From assembly GCA_963662545.2 (NCBI GenBank), contig CAXXLL010000002.1:1664001-1728000 (forward strand): 64,000 bases of DNA, given 5' to 3'. Of this stretch, positions 20,568-30,608 are shown piece after piece. The notes below the pieces were generated by a model. The model had not been told where the DNA came from and ran no database searches. It worked only from the letters and a program-made list of their open reading frames with translations. Source of the DNA: Gammaproteobacteria bacterium. Its GTDB lineage: Bacteria; Pseudomonadota; Gammaproteobacteria; Ga0077536. The position numbers and the translations under genes were made by a program. Each line of letters begins with the position of its first letter. Position 1 is the stretch's first letter.

Positions 20568-21242
20568 GTGGCGACTGTCATCGTGACCGGCGCGGATCGC
20601 GGCATTGGTGCTGCACTCGTACGCAATTATCACCGACGCGGAGACCGTGCCATAGCCGCATGCCTGGATGACGGCCGCGATATGATCGCTGACGGCCTCG
20701 AGGTTCACACGCAGGTTGACGTCACCGACATGGGCTCGCTGCTGCGCTTACGCGATCGCCTGGGCGATACCCGCATCGATATCCTCATCAGCAACGCCGG
20801 CGCGTTCCACCCGGATAAATTCGACGATCTTGATTACGGCGCAATGCAGCGGCTTTATGACATCAATGCGCTGGGGCCCTTGCGGGTGGCGCAGGCGCTG
20901 GTGCCGCTGATGGGCGCGGGTGGGAAAATGGGCATCATCACCAGCCGGGTTGGCTCGCTTGCCGACAACAGTTCCGGCGGTATGTATGGCTACCGCATGT
21001 CGAAATGCGCCGCCAACCAGCTCGGGGTCAATCTCTATCACGAGCTCAAACCACGTCGTATAGCGGTCATGCTGTTGCATCCTGGCCAGGTCGCCACGAC
21101 CATGACGCGCGACCTCGGGGTGCCCGGCGATTTCATCACCCCGGAACAATCGGCAGCCGGCCTTGTTCGTCAGCTCGACCTACTCAACGCAGAGTCGTTG
21201 CCCGAGTTTCGTCACACTGACGGCACCTTGTTACCGTGGTAA
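20568..21242 (+). CDS. SDR family oxidoreductase (CsgA-like)
   Basis: TGADRGIG, SNAG, YRMSK, HPGQVAT.M, C-terminal LPW. Confidence 0.85.
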   Translation: MATVIVTGADRGIGAALVRNYHRRGDRAIAACLDDGRDMIADGLEVHTQVDVTDMGSLLRLRDRLGDTRIDILISNAGAFHPDKFDDLDYGAMQRLYDINALGPLRVAQALVPLMGAGGKMGIITSRVGSLADNSSGGMYGYRMSKCAANQLGVNLYHELKPRRIAVMLLHPGQVATTMTRDLGVPGDFITPEQSAAGLVRQLDLLNAESLPEFRHTDGTLLPW

Positions 21243-21261
21243 GAAACCGGGAGTTTCGAGC

Positions 21262-21981
21262 ATGATCAGAGTTTTCGGTCTGGCCAAAACCTGGGACTTT
21301 CCAGACGCCAGTCCCTATGTCTGCAAGCTCGTGATGTGGTTACGCCTGGCCGGCCTCGAATACGAACTGCTCTACGTGCCCTGGCCGGAAATGATCGAAC
21401 GTGCACCGCGCAAGAGCGTGCCCTGGATCGAGGACGCCGACGGTGAGGTTATTCATGACTCGCAGCGCATCATCGATCGTCTGACCGACAAGCGTGACAT
21501 CACGCTCGATGCCCACCTGTCGCCCCGCGAACGCGCCCAGATGCGTGCCTGGCAGCGCCTGCTCGAAGATCACTATTACTGGGCCGGGCTGGTGCAGATG
21601 CGCTGGGTCGAGGATCACAACTGGGCCATCTACAAAAAGGAACTGGCAGCCGAGCTCGAGTCCTCACCCGAAGTCGAACAGTTTTTTCAAGAGATTCGCG
21701 ATTATTTGGTGAATGAATTCCACGGCCATGCGGTCGGCAAGATGACCCTCGACGAAGTGCGTACCGTCGCCTGTCAAGATCTCGATGCGCTATCGGACTG
21801 GCTCGGCGATGCGGCCTATTTCATGGGTGATAGACCTACCAGCGTCGACGCCGTCCTGTACGCCTGGCTGTTACAGACCTATGCCACGCCGTGCACCTCG
21901 CCGGTGGTCGATCACGCCCGCACCCTGGGCAAGCTCGAGGCCTATTTCAATCGCCTGCATGCCGCGTTCTGGGACGCCTGA
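21262..21981 (+). CDS. Glutathione S-transferase, metaxin/FAX-like
   Basis: DASPYVCKL, VPWIED, DSQ.II, YFMGDRPTSVDA. Confidence 0.85.
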   Translation: MIRVFGLAKTWDFPDASPYVCKLVMWLRLAGLEYELLYVPWPEMIERAPRKSVPWIEDADGEVIHDSQRIIDRLTDKRDITLDAHLSPRERAQMRAWQRLLEDHYYWAGLVQMRWVEDHNWAIYKKELAAELESSPEVEQFFQEIRDYLVNEFHGHAVGKMTLDEVRTVACQDLDALSDWLGDAAYFMGDRPTSVDAVLYAWLLQTYATPCTSPVVDHARTLGKLEAYFNRLHAAFWDA

Positions 21982-22005
21982 GACCGCGGGCGCGAGGAGG
22001 GAAGT

Positions 22006-22884
22006 ATGATCAAAATGTATGGACACGTGCCCGCCTGGGGCATCCCGGACCTCAGTCCCTATGTCACTACCATCGATCTCTACCTGCGCATGACCGGTTT
22101 GCCCTACGAGCTTGAACTCGGTGATCTCGGCATAGCGCCGTATGGCAAGCTGCCCTACATCGAAGACGGTGACACCGTCGTCGCCGATACCAGCTTCATT
22201 CTCGAACATCTCAAGAGGACCTATGGCGATCCGCTAGACGGCGGCCTCGATGAGAAAGAGGAAGCAGTGCGGCTGATGTTGTGGCGCATGATGGATGAAA
22301 GTTTCTATTGGTACCTGATCCAAGGCCGTTACCGGCGCGACGAAGATTTCGCACTCTATGATCCCTTGTGGGCGCAGTTCTTCGGTCACCTGTCTGAGAC
22401 CGAAAAAACCACCGCGATTACGGGGATCGAAAGCGGCCTATCCGCCTATTGGGCGGCGGCAACCGCTGCGGAAAACACGCTCGCGGCCTCGGGCCATGGC
22501 AGTATCGTACAGATCGCCTCGATCGCCGGCGCGCGCATGGGGATCGAATTCGCGAGTGAGGCTTACTGCGCCGCAAAAGCCGGCATCGTCGGCCTGACGC
22601 GTAAACTCGCTAAACGCCTCGGGCCGCGTGGCGTGCGGGTCAACTGCATCGCACCGGGCGTGATCAAAACGCCGCGCCTGCGTTTCTCAGGTTCGGACGA
22701 ACCCGAGTTCGCGCGCCGTACGCGCAAAGTGACGCCGCTTCAGCGCCTCGGCCGCGCCGAGGAAGTCGCCGATCTGGTGCTATTCCTGGCCTCGGATCGT
22801 TCCAGCTACATCACCGGCCAGGACATCGCCATCGACGGCGGCTTATCGGTGGCGACGATGTTCGAATCCGTGGTGTTGCCGTGA
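22006..22884 (+). CDS. Chimeric ORF: N-terminal half of a metaxin-like GST fused to the C-terminal half of an SDR
   Basis: DLSPYV..GKLPYIED..DTSFI, then GSIVQIAS..YCAAK..VRVNCIAPG..YITGQDIAIDGG; no SDR GxxxGxG. Confidence 0.75.
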   Translation: MIKMYGHVPAWGIPDLSPYVTTIDLYLRMTGLPYELELGDLGIAPYGKLPYIEDGDTVVADTSFILEHLKRTYGDPLDGGLDEKEEAVRLMLWRMMDESFYWYLIQGRYRRDEDFALYDPLWAQFFGHLSETEKTTAITGIESGLSAYWAAATAAENTLAASGHGSIVQIASIAGARMGIEFASEAYCAAKAGIVGLTRKLAKRLGPRGVRVNCIAPGVIKTPRLRFSGSDEPEFARRTRKVTPLQRLGRAEEVADLVLFLASDRSSYITGQDIAIDGGLSVATMFESVVLP

Positions 22885-22966
22885 GAGCGGTGGGCATTCG
22901 GCTACTCGATTCCACCACGCGCTCGACCCGATCCGATATATCGACGTTGGTCTGGAACAGCCACGT

Positions 22967-23419
22967 TCAGGAGCAGGATGCGCGATACTCCCCCGGCGTC
23001 GCGCCGAATTGATTCTTGAACAACCGTGAAAAGTGCGATTGCGACGAAAATCTGAGCCGTTGCGCAATCCCGCAAATCGGGACGCTGCCGTCCGACAGCA
23101 GCTTACGCCCGTACTCGAGCTTTTTCTCGACGACGTAGCGATGCGGCGGTACGCCCGTCAGCGTCTTGAACGCTCGGGCGAAGTGGTACGGGCTCAGGCA
23201 AGCCTCGGCGGCGAGGTCGCCTAGCGTGATCTTCTTCTCCATGTTGCACTGGATGTAGTCGAACACGCGCCGGCTGCGAGTCTTTCCCAGCGCCCCATCC
23301 GGACGTGGGAAACGGCACTGCCGCAGCGCGAGGTTCGAATAATGCCGCAACATGTGTGCGCACAAGGTGGCGCTGATCGAGTCGATCAACAGCGCCCCGG
23401 CGGGTGATTCGTCATCCAT
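22967..23419 (-). pseudogene. AraC family regulator, C-terminal fragment
   Basis: LAAEACLSPYHFARAFK, FSSQSHFSRLFK..GATPG; N-terminal sensor domain missing. Confidence 0.75.
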
Positions 23420-23559
23420 TTCCTGCAGGACGGCGCGGGCGCAAGTTCGAGCATCTTCCGCCCCATGGAGGCTGAGTCACTTGCACTGGGCGCGAACGCT
23501 CCGGCTCGTCGGAGACCGCGACACTTCCGCCCGGCTGCGAAGGCCGATTGGATGAGGAG

Positions 23560-23757
23560 TCAGTCGGTCGGATGGGGCGCGGTGTCGTCTGCCGTGGTAT
23601 CGGCCGGGCGGCTGTCATCGTCCGACTCGGGTGTCGACTCAGCGGTTTCTTTCTCCGCTTTGGAGGCAAGCTTGGCCAACCGCTTCGCCTCGCGCTTCTC
23701 GGCCTTGGCCTTAGCCCTTGAATTTCGTTCGAACGCGTAGTTCGTCTTTCGCGCCAT
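23560..23757 (-). CDS. Small basic hypothetical protein downstream of the cold-shock gene
   Basis: RBS AGGAGG; MARKTNYAFER..RAKAKAEKREAK. Confidence 0.6.
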   Translation of the reverse strand: MARKTNYAFERNSRAKAKAEKREAKRLAKLASKAEKETAESTPESDDDSRPADTTADDTAPHPTD

Positions 23758-23843
23758 CCTGCACGACCTCCTGACAACGGCGAATGTAAAGGCGGCAACC
23801 GCATCGCGAGACGCGATTGCCGATCGTTAAAAAAGGAGGCGAC

Positions 23844-24053
23844 TCATTCGACCAGGCGGACGTTCTCCGCCGAAGTGCGGCCGTCACGGCCGGCGCCGAT
23901 CTCGTACTCTATTTTCTGGCCTTCCGCCAGTCCGCTAATTCCGGCTTTTTCGAGGGCGGAGATATGAATGAACACGTCCTTGCTCTTGTCTTCAGGTGCA
24001 ATAAACCCGAATCCTTTCGTCGGGTTAAACCACTTAACAGTTCCCATCGCCAT
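23844..24053 (-). CDS. Cold-shock protein (CspA family)
   Basis: [21 protein letters not shown]. Confidence 0.95.
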   Translation of the reverse strand: MAMGTVKWFNPTKGFGFIAPEDKSKDVFIHISALEKAGISGLAEGQKIEYEIGAGRDGRTSAENVRLVE

Positions 24054-24556
24054 TGTAATTTCCTCAGTTTCGGTTCGGTATTTGTAGGTTTAGTTTGTTC
24101 GCGTGCGGCGTGACCGATCAGTCATCCCAACGTTGCATCCACGATATCGGCGTCGCTATCAAAAGCCCCCGCAGCGACTGAGTCCTGAGCCCAACGGATT
24201 CGAATGTCAGCGAACTTGCTCCTGGTGGCGGAAGGGCTGTACGTGCCCACGCCGGTCCACGCATTGTGAGTCTAAAATCGGGGATAGCCTTGGAGGGGTA
24301 TGCCGCGAGTGCGGGCTGACCTGAACCGGTTTGTCAGCCAAGTTGCGCGAGCGTACACGATTCTTTTGAGAAATGCATCCTGGAATCGGGGGCTTACATT
24401 GGAACGTTCAGGAATGAAGTCGTGAAACGACGGTGCGGGACACCGGCGATGCCAGGCGTAAATGCGTCCCCGCGGAAACGCTATTTTAGTGAGAATCATT
24501 CGCATGCACTGAACGAGCCTAGGTAGGCTATTTCCGGCAGTGCTTAGGTATTACGA

Positions 24557-25450
24557 TCAGTGCCCTTGGCGCAAGTGGGCAGGCGTGAACACGATGTTAC
24601 GGATGGCCGGATTGATCCTGATGTCGGCGGTCGCGAGGACGGTACGGCGATCGCGTTTGTAATCCCGCATTACGACGCGAAATGGGACCCAGCGGTCGCT
24701 CACTTTGCGCACGTGTTGCCGCTCGACGAAGAGCACTTTGTGGAGTGAGCCGTTCGGCGCGAAGAACTCCGTCTTCACGGGCAGGCACTTTTTCTGATCG
24801 ACATAGGTCAGGATGCGTGAATAGGCGGATTTCCCGTCAACGGGAATGTTCTCGAGCACGTACACCGGGTGTCCGTCGAGGGTCACATCGTCGAGCCGCG
24901 TGGCTATACCCGTATCGACCATCTGCTGGAAATGGGTGAAATCTTCGTAGCTCAGATCCGTTCCCAACATCGAGGCCCCGAGCGTGCGCGCCCCCACCGG
25001 GCGTACCTGACGGCGCTCGGGAATGTACATGAACACGTCAGGGTTCGCGCCTTCGCGCTCGATCAATAGCACCGCCACACCCGCCCGCTCAGGCGGTGCC
25101 ACGATGCTCACGACCAGCTTCGCGCGGCCGTCTTCAAAACGTTTCCACGAAAGGTAGCCGCTCGATTCGCTGATCGCGCCGTCGTCATCGAGCATCTGGA
25201 CGTCGAGTCTCTGGGTCATGGAGTAATCGGGGACGGTGCGCGCGACGCAGGCGCGGACCTCGAGGTCTTCGATGCGAGAGGCGTCCATGGCTGATACTGT
25301 CGAGGTATCGATTACGAGGGTGAAGACGCAGACGGCTATGGCTGTACGGGCGCGGCGGTTGGTCCAGGGATTGCTGCGTTGCACAGTGACTTCCACGGTT
25401 TCGTTCGGCGGTGTGAGGATGGGTTGTGTAGCGGACGTCGTTGCTGACAT
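24557..25450 (-). CDS. Outer-membrane lipoprotein-sorting (LolA-like) protein
   Basis: MYIPERRQVR, SMLGTDLSYEDF, SAYSRI. Confidence 0.7.
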   Translation of the reverse strand: MSATTSATQPILTPPNETVEVTVQRSNPWTNRRARTAIAVCVFTLVIDTSTVSAMDASRIEDLEVRACVARTVPDYSMTQRLDVQMLDDDGAISESSGYLSWKRFEDGRAKLVVSIVAPPERAGVAVLLIEREGANPDVFMYIPERRQVRPVGARTLGASMLGTDLSYEDFTHFQQMVDTGIATRLDDVTLDGHPVYVLENIPVDGKSAYSRILTYVDQKKCLPVKTEFFAPNGSLHKVLFVERQHVRKVSDRWVPFRVVMRDYKRDRRTVLATADIRINPAIRNIVFTPAHLRQGH

Positions 25451-25756
25451 TGTTGTGTCCTCCTCAGTTTGTGGAAGACAGTTTCAATGGCGCGGGGCCT
25501 GCGCGATGTGGGAAATCGCACTTCTCGTGTTGAATCGATGCACCGAACGGAGTGGTCATGGTGGACGGCGGCGCTCGTGCCCTCGAAAAATAGATCGCCA
25601 ATCGCTGCCGGATGGAGGTTGAAATGGGGTGACGGGTCGGCTCTGCGGTCGCGTGGCCGACCTAGTGTGATTTCTATTATTCTTCTAAAATATTATATTA
25701 ATCATATAAATATATAATATATCTCGATTATAAGTGAGATTCGATGCGCTCGGCGT

Positions 25757-26407
25757 TTATTTGCCGAACAGGCCTTTGAATGCGTCCTTAAGCTTACCGG
25801 CCGCACCCGTGACGGCCTTAGTGGTGGCCTGCCCTGCCTTTTCGAGCTTCGACGGGGGCTTACTCGCGGTGCTATCCGCGGGCAGTTCGGCGTCGCCGCG
25901 CGCGATGGCACAGACGTCGGTATCGGCGCTGACGCGATCGAAAACACCCTCGGCCAGCAAAGACAGTCCGCCGGTTGCAATGGCTGCCCCGACTTTGAGC
26001 CCCGCCGTCGCTGCGCCCTTGGCGTCGGTGGTGGGCTTGGGGTGCGCGAGGGTTCCGCCGAGCCGCACGAATTCCGACAGGCTCGTAAGGTTCAGACCGA
26101 TGCCTTCACGCGGTTTGGGATTGACGCCGATATCGATCTTCTCGGTCTTGAAGTCCACGGCGCCGCCGCCGAGGATATTCAGCTTGGCCGTACTGATGCC
26201 GATCCCCGTCTCTGCGGACATTATCCCGCCTTTCACGGGGAAATTGACGACGGCACATTCGATCACGGTCCCGTCATCGGATTTACTGAGCGGATTGAGA
26301 ATGTCGAAGGCCTTCATGAAGAGGTCCGCGCCGGCGATGCCCGCCACCTGGTTGGATAATTCAAGGCCGGTGACGTCAATGCGGATGTGACCATTGGCGC
26401 TGCCCAT
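25757..26407 (-). pseudogene. AsmA family protein, C-terminal fragment
   Basis: IECAVVNF.VKGG, GGGAVDFKTE.ID, V.LGGTLAHPK; far shorter than a full AsmA. Confidence 0.65.
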
Positions 26408-27592
26408 GATTGCCGCCAGAGATTTGCCTTCAGTATCATTTCGGCTTGATTTCTTGACATATCTTTCCTAGATTCAATTAATTGCTGACAATACGTCGTC
26501 GCTTAGAAAATGTTGCGTCACCAATATGTCACAACGCCGCCAGAATTCTGAGGGAGACGGAGCAGGTAACACAGCGTCATGTTTCAACGGGCCGAGAACG
26601 AGGTGGCCCTGTTTTGTGCGGAACCCGGCGAGACAGCGGTTTCTGCACGCGATGGATTGTACCGCGGCCCGGACGCAGTGCGCTCGGGCCCTGGGCGATG
26701 ATGCAATTGAGGTGCCCAACGAGGCCGGTACTATGGACGCTGCGCGATGTCGAACGGCCATGGCCGCATCTCTACCGCTGGTGCGGGCAGGGTTTGAAGC
26801 CCGTGTTTGCGCAACGGGTGCTGGCGCGCCAGCAGCGCTGGGCAGAGGGCAGGTTCGGCGTGATGAAGCCCAGTTCTTCGATGCGATACCGGTTGAGTGC
26901 GTGAGCGCGTGGGACACAACGCCCCGGAATGACGCCTCACAGCAGCTGACAGGCCCTTTATCTCATCTTCCCGAAAAGACCTGCAAAATTGCGCCCATTG
27001 CGCCCATTGCGCCCTTCATCGGCGCCGTTTGGGCTATGGAGCATCGTTATGGCTCCACGTTGTAGCTGTTCTAACAATGTCTTAGGTCCTTGAATTGACA
27101 TCCAAACCACGCCCCCGGTGGAGGCCGGTCCATGCGTGAATGCCTTGAGTCGTGAAGCCACGCAGCCACCACGATACCCGCCTCGTCGCGCGTCTCGAGC
27201 TGGAAGGCGTATCGCGCATCCCTGTTTCTCAACGGCACGTCGATGCACGCGCCGGACAACACCCCTTCGCTGGAAGCTGTCGTGGATAGATGGTTCCGCA
27301 ATTACCGTACCGCCGCAACGAGTAGCCGCCCTCGCAGGGGACGGCGAGAGCGCGTGATCCCCGAGCAGGGCGTGCCGGTGGTCGCGGGGCGATAGCCCCA
27401 TGCGATGGCGCGGGCGACCCTGGCGCGCAGAATCTCATGACCCTGCGAGACACCCTGTGTGAAGTATTGCAGGCCCCTGTCGGTCTCGGTCAACGTGCGC
27501 CCCCGCTCACGTCCCGGGCGCTCGAATCATGGCTGAACCGGGTTCCCGATACGCGATAAATGAGTTTATCGCGCATGTGGAAAGAGTCGCGG

Positions 27593-27666
27593 ATGGGACC
27601 CGTTGGCTTGAAGCACCAGAGGGGGGAGCCTCCAACGGTGTCGGCGAATTTCCTAAGTACCTATGG
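27593..27666. repeat. About 73-bp imperfect direct repeat, copy 1
   Basis: ATGGGACCCGTTGGCTTGAAGC...GGGGGA...CCAACG..GTCGGCG...TAAGTACCTATGG; matches 28723-28794. Confidence 0.75.
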
Positions 27667-27879
27667 GTCTGAGCCTCACACTTTTCGCGCTACGCGCGAG
27701 CGGTGCACACCGCCCTGCCAAAGCCGCTCAACCCCGCTCCGGTTCGCGGATCGCCTTGACGCCTCGAACCGTGTTGTTTGGGCTCGCGTTGCACTTGTAC
27801 GTAGCAGTAATGTTGCGAGTGCCCTATCGCAAGATGTGTCCCGGTTGCGGCGTCACCTGCCCACCACCACTCGAATGCG

Positions 27880-28117
27880 GTAGCTACCCGTGGTTGTCAA
27901 GTTTCGAGATAGCGATGCGATCGCAGGTGCGCTCCTCGTCGTCCGCAACCGCCATCTCGGCCTTTTCCGCATCGTCTGCGACCGCCACTTTGGCAGCCGG
28001 CTCAGGCGTCGGCCTCTCGATCGCGGCGGTTATAGCGGTCTACGGCGCAACCTGGTCATCGCCACAGGCGCTGATGAGCATGCCCGCCAGGCAAAGCAAT
28101 ACTCCACGGCATGACAG
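27880..28117 (-). pseudogene. Degenerate paralog of the adjacent small lipoprotein
   Basis: VLLCLAGMLISAC lipobox, internal TAG, no canonical start; acidic ADDEE tail. Confidence 0.55.
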
Positions 28118-28170
28118 GGCGTCCTCCCAGGCCGTGGGTGCAAGCGCCGGTGAGGTCAGGTGACTACCGG

Positions 28171-28317
28171 TTAATCCTCTTCCTCGTCGTCCGCCGCAAC
28201 CGGCTCTGCTGGTGTCTCGGTCACGGCGGGTGCGGTGGTCTGTGTCTCGGCCTGGTTTCTGTCGCAAGCGCCGATGAGCATTCCCACCAGACAAAGCAGT
28301 ACTACGCGATAGAGCAT
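28171..28317 (-). CDS. Small (48 aa) putative lipoprotein
   Basis: RBS GGAGG; MLYRVVLLCLVGMLIGAC lipobox, acidic tail. Confidence 0.6.
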   Translation of the reverse strand: MLYRVVLLCLVGMLIGACDRNQAETQTTAPAVTETPAEPVAADDEEED

Positions 28318-28429
28318 GATGGCTTCCTCCCAGGTTGGTCCAAGTGTAAGGGCTGATGATGTCAGATGATTGCGGGTTAAGCATAACAGCGAAATCGTCT
28401 CGACCGATGTTTTTCGAAGGGCGTGTTGC

Positions 28430-28675
28430 CGCCACCAACGCGATTGAGAGTCTGCACAGCCAGGTGAAAGAGCATTCGAAACAAGAGCCACTTCGCCAAT
28501 GGTGAAGCTGCTACCAAGCTGATCTGCTGGCATTGCGCTACATCACCGCGAAGTGGAAGAATCCACCGGTCGCTTGGCGCAAGGCGAAGGCGCAGTTCGC
28601 GATCCAATTTGGAGAACGATTTACCCTGTACGATTGATCAACCCAACTGGCTCATACACAAAATTCCTGACACCA
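28430..28675 (+). mobile_element. IS256 family right-end remnant
   Basis: Frameshifted TNAIESLH...KLI..ALR.ITAKW.NPP..W..AKAQFAIQFGERF followed by terminal TACACAAAATTCCTGACACC. Confidence 0.7.
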
Positions 28676-28722
28676 CCAATGCGTAGTAATTACCGTGGTC
28701 GCGCAGGTGAGGAGTTTCGTTC

Positions 28723-28794
28723 ATGGGACCCGTCGGCCTGAAGCGATAGGGGGGATCTCCCAACGCCGTCGGCGTTTGGCTTAAGTACCTATGG
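28723..28794. repeat. About 73-bp imperfect direct repeat, copy 2
   Basis: ATGGGACCCGTCGGCCTGAAGC...GGGGGA...CCAACG..GTCGGCG...TAAGTACCTATGG. Confidence 0.75.
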
Positions 28795-28883
28795 TAGCGG
28801 TGGACCCCATCGATTGGACAGCTGAACGGCGGAGCTAAGTGAAATCTTCTGTATTAAAGTACTCGGCGGAGAAGGAGCAGAAG

Positions 28884-29177
28884 ATGACAAAGAGGAAACG
28901 ACGCAATCATTCGGCAAGCTTCAAGGCGAAAGTGGCTGTGGCGGCGGTTCGAGAGGACCGCACGGTGGTTGAACTCGCTGAGCAGTTTGATATTCACCCC
29001 AATCAAATCCAGGACTGGAAGAAGAAGCTGTTGTCGCATGCGGAGGAGTTTTTTGGCAATGGCGCTAAGGACGGAGGCGAGAACGGTGAACGCGAGACCG
29101 AGAAGCTCCACGCCAAAATCGGTCAACTGACAATGGAGAAGGATTTTTTATCCAAAGCGCTCGGTCGCGACCGATGA
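28884..29177 (+). CDS. IS3 transposase OrfA
   Basis: [28 protein letters not shown]; T6 run near the end. Confidence 0.9.
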   Translation: MTKRKRRNHSASFKAKVAVAAVREDRTVVELAEQFDIHPNQIQDWKKKLLSHAEEFFGNGAKDGGENGERETEKLHAKIGQLTMEKDFLSKALGRDR

Positions 29178-30013
29178 GCGAGCGCAGACAGATGGTCCAG
29201 CGCGAACATTCATTGCCGGTCACCCGGCGCTGTGAGCTGCTCGAGGTCGCGCGCTCGACGGCGTACTACCGCCCGAGCCCAGTGTCGGAGGCAGACTTGG
29301 CGCTGATGCGTCTGATCGACGAGATTCATCTCGAACGCCCGTTCTACGGCAGTCGTCGGATGCGCGACGAACTGGAGACCCGCGGGCATTGGGTCAATCG
29401 CAAGCGGGTGCAGCGACTGATGCGCCAGATGGGGCTGGCGGCGCTCTATCCGAAGCCTCGCACAAGCGTGGCGGGTCGTGGCCATAAGGTCTACCCGTAC
29501 TTGCTCAGGGACATTTCGGTCGCGCGGGCGAACCAGGTCTGGGCAACGGACATCTGCTATATCCCGATGGCCCGGGGGTTCATGTATCTGGTCGCGGTGA
29601 TGGATTGGTACTCGCGGCGGGTGCTCTCGTGGCGGGTATCGAACACGTTGGACAGTGCGTTCTGTGTCGAGGCACTTGAGGAGGCGTTGGCTCGGTACGG
29701 GGCGCCGGAGATCTTCAACACCGACCAGGGCGCGCAATTCACCTCCGAGGCGTTCACCGATGTGCTCAAGACACACGGCGTGGCGATCAGCATGGATGGC
29801 AAGGGGCGCTGGCTCGACAACGTTTTCGTCGAGCGACTGTGGCGCAGCGTGAAGTACGAGGATATCTACCTGCGAGCCTATGACACGCCGGCCGCGCTGC
29901 GTGTCGGCCTCACCCGCTATTTCGATTTCTACAATGCTCGGCGCCGCCACACGGCGCTGGACCGACGCACCCCGGATGCGGTGTACTTCGATGAGGTCGC
30001 CCAAGCGGCCTAA
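29174..30013 (+). CDS. IS3 transposase OrfB (DDE)
   Basis: [28 protein letters not shown]. Confidence 0.9.
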   Translation: MSERRQMVQREHSLPVTRRCELLEVARSTAYYRPSPVSEADLALMRLIDEIHLERPFYGSRRMRDELETRGHWVNRKRVQRLMRQMGLAALYPKPRTSVAGRGHKVYPYLLRDISVARANQVWATDICYIPMARGFMYLVAVMDWYSRRVLSWRVSNTLDSAFCVEALEEALARYGAPEIFNTDQGAQFTSEAFTDVLKTHGVAISMDGKGRWLDNVFVERLWRSVKYEDIYLRAYDTPAALRVGLTRYFDFYNARRRHTALDRRTPDAVYFDEVAQAA

Positions 30014-30608
30014 GACCCAGTGGAGATTTCACTTAAGACAGTGTCCAAGATCCGGGGTCCACTTCTCTTTCAACCCCAGGCCGACCTCCAGTAGTCCCCG
30101 CAGGGCGCGATGTGATGGAGCAATGCGGTCGGGAAATTTCCCTCACTGCTCGCTTCTGATTCACTTCGTTACGAGGGCCGACCCCCATGTAAGCATGAGC
30201 ACGCAGGCGGCGCGGTAGACGTCGGAGAATTGGTATGGGATGCTCAGATGAGGCTAGGGATCGTCGACTATTTGCGCCGCTTGGGTTTATGCAGGGAGGA
30301 TAAACGCCGAATTTCGTCAAGTCGAGGATCAGAAGAATTGACCCGGCGGCATCGAATTGTCCTGTACCGCCGATGTCAAAGGGCATTGCGATCCAGATTG
30401 GGCGTGATGAACGAAACGTAACTTGCGAAGGGCCGGGATCGGTTTACGAAATGGAAACGGATCACCGAGGCGGCGATCAAGGCAAATGATTCAGTACCTT
30501 GATTCAGTTTCGCGTCGATGGCGCTAATCTGAGCAGCTGCCCGTAAATGTACTTCATATCAACTTAGCGTTTGCGTAATCGGCACCTGGGCAGGACTGGA
30601 CAACACGC

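Larger units (their letters stand above)
28796..30066 (+). mobile_element. IS3 family element, apparently intact
   Basis: IRL AGCGGTGGACCCCATCGATTGGACA and IRR TGTCCAAGATCCGGGGTCCACTTCT; overlapping orfA/orfB. Confidence 0.9.

Noticed and set aside
26988-27014. ATTGCGCCC repeated three times
   Set aside because: Short tandem repeat without spacers in a non-coding-looking region; not CRISPR
26420-27550. Several short ORFs on both strands
   Set aside because: No motifs or consistent coding signals; probably decayed sequence
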